64,000 nucleotides of DNA from Azolla caroliniana (lineage: Eukaryota > Plantae > Polypodiophyta), in assembly GCA_043228905.1 (NCBI GenBank), contig JBHGNT010000012.1, positions 17,980,001-18,044,000 of the forward strand. Reading direction: 5' to 3'. The translations under genes and the position numbers were made by a program. Shown here piece by piece: positions 11,987-23,979 of this stretch. How positions within the stretch are numbered: the stretch's first letter is position 1; every line of letters starts with the position of its first letter. Below the pieces are notes generated by a model. It was not told where the DNA came from and searched no databases. It saw nothing but the letters and a program-made list of their open reading frames with translations.

Positions 11987-14900
11987 TGTAAGGAAATGAG
12001 AGATACATGAACAAAAATGAGGAGAATTGATACTGCTATGTAATAGATAATAAGGTGGGATAACAAGTTGGAATACAACTACAAGAGTTAATTGCTACAA
12101 CAACTAGAGCATAAAAATACCACACTCTAACGTTCCTGGTTTCCTCTTTATATAATAGAGAAAGTGGAGGGAACGTTGATGTGTTTAAAAATACGGTTAC
12201 TAATAAAAGGAAAACAGTAATAGTTAATAATAGTAACTAATCTAGATGTGGTGTAGAGTTAATGTGATAACTAAAAGTAGTTGCTTTGAAACTGTTTTGT
12301 TGTTTCTAACACCCTCCCGTAACTCTAGCACCGCATTTGAGGCCAACATGTTGGCAACAAGACCAATGTTTGACAGCAGGCACTGGTTTGGTCAAGAAAT
12401 CCGCCCACATGTGGAGGGTAGGAGTATAGTCAAGGCGAATGGTACCATCCTCAAATAATTCACACAAAAAATGATAGCGGGCCCGAATGTGCTTGTTCTG
12501 TTCAGTGATATTTGGATTCCGTGCTATCGTTATACATGACTTATTATCACACCAAAGCTAGAACTCATTAATGTGGATAATGTTGAGTTCATCAAAAATG
12601 GATTTTAGCCAAAGCCCCTCTTTAGCGACCAAGGTGGCAACGATATACTCAGTCTCTGTGGAGGACAATGCCATCGTAGATTGTTTCTTTGTCTTCCAAG
12701 TGATGGCACCACCACTGAATGTGAAAAGATATATGGATGTAGATCGTGAGGTATCTTTGTCACCACCCTAGTCTGCATCTGTCCAGCCATGTAATGGAGC
12801 CACCATTCCACCTTTAGAGAACGCGGGCAAGGCTTTGTACGAGAGGGTCATATCACGTGTGTATTTTAAGTATCGGAGGACACGTTTCAAGGCTTCCCAA
12901 TGACATGGGCCTGGATGCTCCATAAAAAGTCATAGAAAACCTGTGGAGAATGATAGATCAGGGCGGGTGCAGCTCACTAAGTATCGCAAACTACCAAGAA
13001 TTTGGCGATATGATATATTTTTCATAAAAGAAACTTCTTCGTGAGTAGAGGAGGAGAGTCAGAGCTAGATAGATGGCAAGGAATAGTGAGTGGAGTAACA
13101 ATCCATCATATCAAACTTTTGAAGAATACCATAAACTAATTTATTTTGGGAGATGGAGAGGATTCCCGTACTGCGATTACGCTTGACTTCTAGACCAAGA
13201 AAGTATTCAAGTTCTCCAAGGTGCTTGGTGGGAAAGGAAGTTTGTAACTCCTTGAAAAATTGAAGAATGTCATGTCGAGAGGTACCAACAATTGGTAAGT
13301 CATCCACATAAACTCCTAATAAGAGGAAATTGGAATCCTGCTTGCGGATGTACAATGTTGGTTTTGATTGTAGTTGCATAAAACCCTTGTGAAGGAGAAA
13401 GTTATGGAGTTTGGCATACCATTGACGCGGCGATTGCTTCAAGCCATAGAGAGGTTTATGCAATTTGCATACATAATCAGGATGTGCACTATCTTGAAGT
13501 ATTGGGGGTTGCTCCATATAGATATCCTCCTTCAAATCTCCATGCAGGAAAGTTGTCTCAATGTCGACATGATGGAGTTCTAAAATTAAATATGCAGTAA
13601 TGGCAAATATGAGATGGAGAGAAGTGAGTTTAAGTGTGGGAGAGAATGTCTCATGATAGTCAACCCCCGGAATTTGAGTAAATCATCTAGCTACCAATCG
13701 AGCTTTGAAGTGAACAGAATTGCCTTGAGCATCAATTTTTTTTGTAAATAACCACTTACAGCTAATAATGTTTGATTTTGATGGTTTGGGAACAAGGCTC
13801 CATGTCTTGTTTTTGTAGAGTGCATCTGCCTCGATTTGTACCGCTTGTAGCCATCTTTCCTTTTCATTGCTTTGGAGAACTTGTTTCAGAGTTAGAATAG
13901 GAGCAAAATCGATGCTTGCATCTTCGACATACGTGGCAAAGGCTGAAATGTCAGAGTCGATGAGAGATTCGAAATACCCGTCGATGGTAGTTGTAGTTTC
14001 GTAGAGTTCTTGCATAGGTTTAGCTTTCCCCTTTTTTGCTCTACTCTCTAATTCTGTCATTTTATCATTTTTGTGTGTGTTTTCCTTCGAGCATCTAGGC
14101 AGTGGTGCCATTGCGACGGCTACAGAAAGCAGCCGTCGAGATCGGCCGCGGCGGTAAGTATTTCTACTCTCATCTGTTATGTGGTACCTATGAGATTGTC
14201 TCTCCGCCATTAATGGAGATGATGAGGTTATTATATTTAACACATCAAGTTGAGAGCATGCAACAGGGTTTTTGGGACATGAAAGACGAGGGCTTGAGTT
14301 CTCGATTGTTGTCCCTTGATGTTGGGATTCTCAGTGCATCTGTGATGGAGACTCTTTTGTTGCATCATCAGGAGATGTAATCTGAGATGAGTCATTTGGG
14401 TAAATACTATTGTGGTCAGTTTCCACCAAGTGTGGTAGACGTGCGGGATCTTCTCCATCTTCACTAGTTATAGTCTCTCCATTTATCTGTAAAAGGAACA
14501 ACTCATCAAATTTTACTGACCTACTATAAACTGTTTTACCTGTTTGCGGGTTGAATATTTTGTATGCTTTGAGACCATTTTGCTCCCCGTACCCAATGAA
14601 TCATCCTTTGATGCATCTATCATCCAACTTTGATCTGTGATATGGATTTACATATACATAGGTTACTGCACCAAAAATTTGAGATGGGAAACATTAGGTA
14701 TGTCACCATGCCATAATGTAAATGGAATCTGGCCTTGTAATGCAGTGTGAGGAGTCCTATTTTGCAGATAACAGGTTGTGGAGATAGCAAACTACGGGCA
14801 ACATTTAACAACGTTCTGTTCTTTCTTTCAGCAATGCCATTCTGTTGTGGAGTGTAGGGTACTGTTTTCTGATGAATTATTCCATTGTTGTCGAAAAAAT

Positions 14901-17142
14901 TCTCCCATTCTTGGGATACGTATTCTCCACCATTATCACTTCTCACCTTTTTAATTGTTCTTGATGTTTGATTTTCTGCAAGCTATTTGTATTTACAAAA
15001 TAATGCAAATGCCTCACTTTTCTGTTTTAAGAAGTTGACTACTGTGAATTTGATAGTATTATCAATAAATGAAATGAAATACCTTGCTCTAGAGAGAGAC
15101 GGTACAGGAATTGGCCCACACAGGTCTGTATGAACAAGTTGAAGTGGGAATTCTGTAACAGTCTTGCTTTTGGCAAATGGCTGATGGGACATCTTTCCAA
15201 ACAAGCAGCTTTCACATATAGAAATAACTTTGAAGCCTTTTTTTGGTAATCCTTTCATTCTTTTTAGTTGTTGACATTGTTGAAGTGCTAAAAAAATCAT
15301 GTGACCAAAATGACAATGCCATAAATATGTAGCTGAGTGCACTGATTGTTTCTTTGTTTGCACAGGTGCAACTAATGCATATGTTGATTGATTATGGACT
15401 GGATACATATGTTGTTCTTTAGGACAGACCATCTGAATGAATGGGCTACCATCCTGAAATTGTAGAATTACATTATCTCTGCAAAACTAAATTGTAAGTC
15501 CATCTATTGTAGCTTGTCTGACTGATAACAGATGTTTTGCCAATCCAGGCACATAATACACATTATGTACAGTAATTTGGTGATCTTTTGAAAGTTTGAT
15601 TTTAATTGTACCTTTACCGATTGCAGATTTCTTTCCTTTATCACCAAAGATTGCCTGCAACTGGTTGGAGAGAACTTGATAATCTTCTAGCCAATTCTTC
15701 GGTATGTGAAATGGTGTGTGGCACTAGTATCTAGGTACCATGTGTCATAATCTGTTTTCAATTCTTCTGTAGTGACATGGTATGCTTGAATAATGTTTCC
15801 TTCTTCTAGCATGTCATCGTAATCACCTCCTGATTCTGAATCGCATTATGATTTATCATCAGATTTATCCTCTAAAATGACATTGTTGGCTTGTGGTTGT
15901 TTCTTATTTTCCGCATATTGCTTGAATCAACATACCCTCTCGATGTGCCCTTCTCGTTTGCAATATTTGCAGACTAGTTTCAAGCCTCCACCAGGATGTT
16001 TTGATGAAGTTCTCTGTGATTCATTTCCCTTTCCAGTGTATTTGTAATTGTCAGATCTAGACTTGTAGCGATTGTTATATGACAATTTTTGTGGTTTGAT
16101 GCTTGTAGTAGTCATTGCCATTGATGGAGTAGAAATTTTAAGTTGTCGTCGTAGATTTTCATGACGAACTTTTGTAATCAAATTAGATAAGGAGTTACCC
16201 TGACTATTCATAACGATAAAAGTATTCCAAGATTTTGGAAGTTTACTCAATAAGAGCCCAATCTTCATTTCTTCTGAGATTTCATTTCCGACAGTGGTGG
16301 CTTCTTCGAGATATGTCTCCCAGGTATCCAAGAAGGTAAGAACATCTTCTTCTTCCTGCAAAACACACGTGTGAAACTGGGTAGCAGAGTATGGATTCTA
16401 GTTGTACCATCTTGTGGTTCAAACATTTGTTTTAGTTTGGACCACATTTTTGCCGCAGTTGTGAGTTTTTGAATGGCATCAGCCAGCCTGTCTTCTACAT
16501 GTAACAGTATTTCAAGTTTTGCCCGTTTATCTTTGTTTTTCCATTCTTTCCATGCTTTTGATTGTGTGCCTTTTGGTGCTTGATAGGTTCTCGTGGTGAC
16601 TTCAAGTAGCTCCTCCAAGTCAAGTAGTAGCTCCATCCTTGGTTTCCAAATTCTGTAGTTCTTTGCGTTAAGTTTATCTACCAAGTATTTTCTTGCTTGA
16701 GTGGATCTTGCCATAATGCTAAGGTTGTTGTCTCGTATTCTCTTTTTTTTTTAGAAGTAGAGTATGGAGTGGGAGGTATATTTTCAGGCTTCGTACTACT
16801 AACGCTCTGATACCATGTAAGGAAATGAGAGATACATGAACAGAAAATGAGGAGAATTGAAATTGCTATGTAATAGATAATAAGGTGGGATAACAAGCTA
16901 GAATACAACTACAAGAGTTAATTGCTACAACAACTAGAGCATAAAAATACCACACTCTAACGTTCCTGGTTTCCTCTTCATATAATAGAGAAAGTGGAGG
17001 GAATGTTGGATGTGTTTAAAAATACAATTACTAATAAAAGGAAAACAATAATAGTTAATAATAGTAACTAATCTAGATGTGGTGTAGAGTTAATGTGACA
17101 ACTAAAAGTAGTTGCTTTGAAACTGTTTTGTTGTTTCTAACA
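11987..17142 (-). mobile_element. Full-length, decayed Ty1/copia LTR retrotransposon (5156 bp)
   Basis: LTRs at 16816-17142 and 11987-12311 (TG...CA; about 10 substitutions and 2 indels by eye). TSD TCACT at 11982-11986 and 17143-17147. tRNA-iMet PBS TGGTATCAGAGC next to the 5' LTR (~16804-16815); PPT GAGTTACGGGAGGG at ~12312-12325. Fragmented gag (zinc knuckle CKYCKREGHIERVC), integrase (VHTDLCGP, RSDNGGEY, PQQNGIAER), RT (LYGLKQSPRQW, YVDD) and RNase H in copia order. Confidence 0.97.
12330..16714 (-). pseudogene. Copia gag-pol polyprotein, broken by frameshifts and stops
   Basis: ORF fragments 16265-16714, 15927-16361, 14983-15432, 14620-14946, 13683-14243 and 13065-13535 carry successive gag, integrase and RT motifs in different frames. 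Confidence 0.9.
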
Positions 17143-17970
17143 TCACTCTCATAGCAGATACTTTTCCTAATTGAAATTCCCTAAAATACCCCTCAAACCT
17201 CAAACCTGTCACTCTCATAACAGATACTTTTCCTAATTGAAATTCCCTAAAATACCCCTCAAACCTCAAACCTCTCACTCTCATAACAATACTTTTACTA
17301 ATTGAAATTCCCAAAAATACCCCTCAAACCTCTCACTCTCGTAGCAGATACTTTTACTAATTGAAATTCCCTAAAATACCCCTCAAACCTCTCACTCTCG
17401 TAGCATATACTTTTCCTAATTGAAATTCCCTAAAATACCCCTCAAACCTCAAACCTCTCACTCTCATAACAGATACTTTTACACTAATTGAAATTCCCTA
17501 AAATACCCCTCAAACCTCAAACCTCTCACTCTCATAGCAGATACTTTTACACTAATTGAAATTCCCTAAAATACCCCTCAAACCTCAAACCTCTCACTCT
17601 CATAGCAGATACTTTTACACTAATTGAAATTCCCTAAAATACCCCTCAAACCTCAAACCTCTCACTCTCATAGCAGATACTTTTACACTAATTGAAATTC
17701 CCTAAAATACCCCGCAAACCTCTCACTCATAGTAGATACTTTTACTAATTGAAATTCCCAAAAATACCCCTCAAACCTCAAACCTCTCACTCTCATAGCA
17801 GATACTTTTACACTAATTGAAATTCCCTAAAATACCCTGCAAACCTCTCACTCTCGTAGTAGATACTTTTACTAATTGAAATTCCAAAAAATACCCCTCA
17901 AACCTCAAACCTCTCACTCTCATAGCAAATACTTTTACTAATTGAAATTCCTTAAAATACCCCTCAAATG
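17143..17970. repeat. Minisatellite of about 13 units (57-67 bp) just upstream of the PHD/GNAT gene
   Basis: AATTGAAATTCC recurs about 13 times at 57-67 bp spacing; it continues the array left of the copia across the TCACT TSD. Confidence 0.95.
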
Positions 17971-18509
17971 TGTGTGTGCCCTCTTACTTCTTCCTCCTAA
18001 AAAGAAGTTCAAATGGAGAGGGAAATTGGTATCAAACTCTGACTGAAGTCTGTCTTGTCTGTCTGTCTGTCTTCTTCTTCTTCTTCTTCTTCTTCTCCTT
18101 CTTTAGCATCCCTCTGCAAGATTGAGACGAGTTTGGCCCATCTCATTAGCTCAAGGATATGGGTTTTCGTTTTCGAGGAGATTTAAGACCCTTTCATCTC
18201 CTCTCTGTTTCTCTCCGTCTCTGTGTGTATCTCATTCAGAAGGATCTAAGATTTTGAAAAGAAATTCAACCCCCCTTTCTCCAGCATAATAAAGAAGACC
18301 CAACTAATCAAGGTGATTTTTTTGCCCTCACTCTTTATTCAGCTGGGAATTTCTTTTGTTCTATTTTAATCAGAGTACTCCCTCTGTAAAGAAAAAAACG
18401 GAATCGGAGTAGAAAAAGGAACAAGAAGTTAAGAACCAGAAAACAAGAGTTTGATTTGTTGATAAGCTCTCTTGTGGGAATGGTCTTGTAATCATGGGAA
18501 CTGGAGGAT

Positions 18510-21500
18510 ATGGCAGCAAAGAATGGATGTAATGGATTGGAAGCTTTGCAATTCTCTGTTGAACAGGGTAAAATATCTTCACTGCTCAAAAGGAATGCTG
18601 TGGACTTTGAAGCAGAACCTCCCCCAAAAAAGGTCATATCCAATATAAGGATCGAATCTATGTTGCCTGATGAAGGTGAGACAAAGCCCCTTTGTAAGAG
18701 ATATACGGGCAATGTATATGAAACCCCCCTATCAAGACCTTTAGATGAAAGATTGCGAAAAGATAGAAGAAACACACACCAGGATGTTTGGGATCCTCAC
18801 CTAGTTTATTCTAAGGAACAGGATTGTGTTGATAACTTTGCTGGTCATACCCCTCATAAGGGGTATACAAACTCTTTATACGAAGCCCAACTGCCAAAAC
18901 CATTTGATGAAAGAATGCAAAAGGATAGAAGGAGCATGGTTGATAACGTTTGGGTTGATCCTAGACTGGATTTTCAGGTAGGTTGTCGTATGAAAGAAGC
19001 TCATTGTGAAGATCAAGATGATCGAGGAACTGGTTCCTATCTGAAGCCTAACGTTACTGTACAGCCCACCCATTTGCATAACTCTTTTGCAACCGGATAT
19101 AGAGTTCCTCCACTATCATGTGGGAATCAGCTCTCTTCTACAAATGCTCATATGTTAAGAGATTCATCTATAGGCATTGTGGATATCCATGATCCTCGTT
19201 TCATTGAGAAGAAATATTTGTCTCATGATTTTATTCCAGTATATCCCACACCACATAGTGCATCAGGTCTTCCACATCCAGCCTCTAATGACACTGCACA
19301 TAGTATGCAACCACAACCTGTAGAAAGGAATATGCATGCCAATAAAGTCGATATGAAAACTGTATCAGATAATGAAACCTATCCTTATCCAAATAATACG
19401 AAGGTAATCGATAATCACCTTGTTCAGCTTGAAGGAGAAAAATACAGGAAAGATAGTGCAGGGATGCCACACAGTGATCTTCCACAGTTGGGTAGTGTGC
19501 ATCCAATGTGGGTTGGTGTACAAGAAATGGCTGGTATGGGTCCCCCCCTGGGTGGGTTTTCTTTTCAGAGATTAATAAATGGGGATATAACTGGCCTTGA
19601 AGATGAATTGGAAGAGGATAGTGATGGTGATCATGATGAAATGGATCAAAACGTAGACCATGTCAATGAGCAGGTCTACATTGAAGATCATGATAGTGAC
19701 ATGTATTCCACTATGTACCCTTTATCATCTGAGCCACCCAATCGAGGCCATGATGCTGATTTTAGTGATGAACGAGAAGAGTACAGTGATGGAGATATTG
19801 ATTATAACAGTGGGGAGGTTAATGAGAAGGATGCTCAAGAAGAGCACGAGAGTGACATGTATTCGACTGTATGCACTCCCTCATCTCGGGTTGAGCAAAT
19901 TCTTGATCCTCAAATGGTTATGTTTGAATCGGAAAGTCCGGAATCTTATGACATGTATAAAGGTCACAAAGGAATTTCCAAATATTCAACCTCTGAATGG
20001 ACGCTACATGCCGATGTCCATACGGATGGAGACCTTGGATGTTCCAATGGAATTCCATTGCACAGCAAGCATGAAGAATTCCATGGAAGTCCTAGTTTGC
20101 AGTGGGAAGGCCAGTGCCTGCAGCAAACATCCTCAGATTCTTCTAGAGACCTTTACAGCGAAGGAGTAGATTCATTGAGGAAGATAGAAATGGATCATGA
20201 AAGTCCTTGCCTGCATCCAATGACTAATTCTAGCTGCCCAGCATCACCCGACTATATAACAGAGAGATGTGCATACGATGATAAGCAGCTGATGGATCAT
20301 GGAAGCCCCTGTCTACATCCAGTGATAGAATCAGAAACGCCTAATAAAGGAGAAACTGTTGTACCAATCACTCCCAACCAAAATGTTGCTAAAGCAGGCA
20401 CACTAACTGAGGTGCCCAGTACTGCCAAGGCGCTTTTGTTGTCTGGTGTACTTGAAGGGTGCCAGGTCTCATATAAAGACAAGTGTGGTGGAGTAAGTAG
20501 AATGAAAAATTGGTATGATAAGATGCATTCTTGGTTTTGAACTTATCCCAACTTCCCTTATCAATTTCACTAGGTTAAACTTACCGGAATTGTAAAAAAT
20601 GGTGGAATTCTGTGCAATTGCAAATGTTGTAAAGGAGAATCTGTAAGAACCTGACTTTATCATGGAAATCTATTTGTATTCATGTCTATTTTTATTTTAA
20701 CCTTGTGTATGTGGTCCCCATCAATGTTTGAAGATGGTGAATGTGTCTCTCTTTGAGAGGCATGCTGGGAGTACTGCGAGACATCCAAGTGAGAATATTT
20801 TCATAGACAACGGCATGTCATTATCTGACATTCTGAGAAGTGGCATGAAAACTGAAGTAAAGTCTTCTAAAAAAGTCTCCAAAGTTATTGATGAGAGTGC
20901 CAGGAAAAATCAGTCCATGAGCACAGGTTTTTATACAGAAGATGCTCTTTACTATGCTGTTATTTTATATTTGATGATTTTGAATTGAGTGTGTCTAAAA
21001 CCTTTTTTGTCACTCGTTATTATCAGGTGCAAGCAAGCGTCGTTCAGATGCTCATTCTTCAAAGGTTGTTCAGACATCCTCTCCTTCTCAAATGGGTCTA
21101 GATCAGATGGTTATTTCTCAAGGACAATTGAGACGCTCTCTCCATCTTGATGAGACAGAGAGTGCTAGGAAAAATCACTCTATGAGCTCAGGTCTTGATC
21201 AGGAGCATGTTCTTTACCTTGCTGTTTATTTTACACGGTGGTGATTTTGGATCAAACTTTTCTAAAAACTCATTTTTTCCACCATTATCATTAGCTACAA
21301 GCAAACGTCGGGCTGATGTTCATCTATCAAAGGCTGTCCCAACGCCCCCTACATCTCAAACAAGGTACCTATTGTTTGTCATAATGTTTTTATGTGGTGT
21401 GCTAGTGACAAATTTAGACACGTTCTTGTTTGATCTTTTTTAGAGAAATGAACCTTCATAAAATGCTTTTCTTGCCGGGAGGTTTAGCAGATGGCACTGA

Positions 21501-23932
21501 AGTTGCTTACTACTTTAAAGGACAGGTTTGATTCAAACACTCATGGATTCTTGTTCCATATAAATTTTTGCTGGACGTACATTTTCTTACCCGATATCTA
21601 TTTCTGTAGCGTATTTTGACTGGTACAAAAGAAGGTTCTGGCATCTGCTGTGGTTGTTGCAATGAAGTGGTATGAGAACTTTTGAGTTTTGATACCTTGC
21701 AACAACTCATCTTTTCTTCATTTGAACTTAAAATCTCTTGTTTTAATCTCATGTGGCAGATTAGCTGTTCCTTGTTTGAGGCTCATGCAGGGTGGGGTTC
21801 ACGTAGGAATCCGTAAGTCCCTCGTAAAACTCTATCATCAAGAATCCCATATCTAGATCAAATAGCCTAACATTCTTTCTTTCAATATATGCAGGTATTC
21901 AAGTATTTATCTATCGGATGGGCAGTCTCTTCACATGTTTGCTCAATCGCTTGATGCTAAGAGACAAGAAGAATCCAGTGATAAGATTACTAGAGAGAAT
22001 GATGATGATTGTGCAGAATGTGGGGATGGAGGAGATCTTGTTCTTTGTGATGCTTGTCCAAGAGCTTATCATACAGGCAAGTTTTTAATATCTCTATTTC
22101 TGGAGGATGTGTTTGTATCCCCATGTATTTATTATAAATACCATCCATTTTGTGGGTCTATACACACCTTGAAGGTCTATTGGCAGCATAAAACAAAGTT
22201 TGTATTACGTCAGCCAACTTTTGATGTGAGATATCTCCAATGCAACATGCAAGTCTGACGCACTCAAACGATCTTCTATTGTCAAGTGGTATAGATAGGA
22301 AGTTCCTTTCACAAGCTTATATTAGAGAAACTTAGGTAGGTGTGACTTGGCATCCTCAATATCTTCAGGTGTTATTATTATGTTCAAATTAGCATACTTT
22401 GCCATTAAGGCAATTGGCATGCATGATATCTCAAAATTCATGACCCATGTGAGTTCCTATTTTTTTATAGTTGCTTTCTTAGACCCTACCTAGATCATGT
22501 ATCCATGCATGCCTGGATGAAAGAAAGATATATTAACGTCTTTTAAGAGGCCAAAATGGCCTATAAGACCAAACAAGAGATTAGATCTTAAGTGTTGTCT
22601 CATCTCTGACGTTGTGGTTCATGGGGTTGGGGCCTACGTGCACGACAATTTGCTATTGCCCGATCTATTGTAACCCCTTTGTTATGTCTTGGTTGGGAGC
22701 CCATTTGTGTATCCCTTGATTGACTTGTAGCATTAGGAGTGATGGGGCTAAAGAAAGTTTTGATTATTCTTTGTGGATGAGCTTGTGTTGTTGTATTATT
22801 CAGCCACAATCGTCGTAGTCGGAGTTTGAGGTATAGTTGGTGAGTTGTCGGCTTATGGAGGCCGACTCACCCTTCTTCCTTCGACACTCTGCCTCGTAGT
22901 GGCCAAATTTGCCACAGTATCCACACCGGGCGGAGTTGTTTTGACGGCTAGGTCCGGCATGATTGCTCCCCCTTCTACCAGACACTCGGCCTCGCGTGTT
23001 TGCAACGTCTTGCCGGCAGAATTGCCTTTGGGATTGCCTTTGGTTGTTTCAGCCTCGGCCGGATTGGTCCCTTCTTCCATGGCCTTGCTCTCTTCCTCCG
23101 TCCAAACTCACATAGAGCATTTGTTTGTCTGATTCGTTGCCTCTTGTTCGGACGTGGTTTTCTTCGATCAGTAGCATCGACTGGAGGTTGAAGGAGGGAG
23201 GATTCTCCCTCGCAAGGATTGCCGACCGTATGGTGCCGAACTAAGGTGCTAGGCCTTCGAGGCATATCTGCACCATTTCGTCGTCATCAATGTTGACATT
23301 GATCGACCCGAGGGAGTTGCACAACTCCTTGATCTTGACGGTGTAGTTGCCAATTGACATATCCCTCTATTGTATGCTGTTCAACTCTTGGCGAAGTTGA
23401 AGCTTTCATGCGGTTGTGTTGGCCACGAATATCTTTTTGAGGTTCCCCCACGCCTCTTTTGGCATTTTGGCCTCATGGGTGTAGCTAATCATGTGATCAT
23501 GAATGCATGATGCAAGGCAATACTGCACGCGACTCGCCGCTTGCTCCCAAGCTGGGTGGTTGGCATGTGCCGGGTTGGGTTGATTTTCTTGTGTTCCCTC
23601 GACATAGCTCCAATAGCCTTGACCGACAAGGTATTGGTGCATCTTGTACTCCCAAGATGCGAAGTTGTTTTTGTCGAGTTTCTCGGTAGGAAGAGCGCTT
23701 CCCATTTGAGTGTTCATGTTGAAATGACTTGTTTGGAGTTAGTTTTCTTCTTCTATTTCTCTTTGATACAAACTGTACAGGTTGCTGCTTCAGCGATCGG
23801 CTGGTTCTTCGTGAACGTCAACGTATACACAACACGTGAGGATAGGCTTGGTTAAAGCTACCAATTGCCCTGATACCATGTAAAGAATGGGGAGTGATTC
23901 TGTGCAGCAGAAGAGATATGTGTGTGTGAGAG

Positions 23933-23979
<47 letters not shown>

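Noticed and set aside
17143-17970. Regularly spaced repeats resembling a CRISPR array (also 40755-41205)
   Set aside because: Whole units repeat with no unique spacers, there are no cas genes, and the context is eukaryotic; these are minisatellites.
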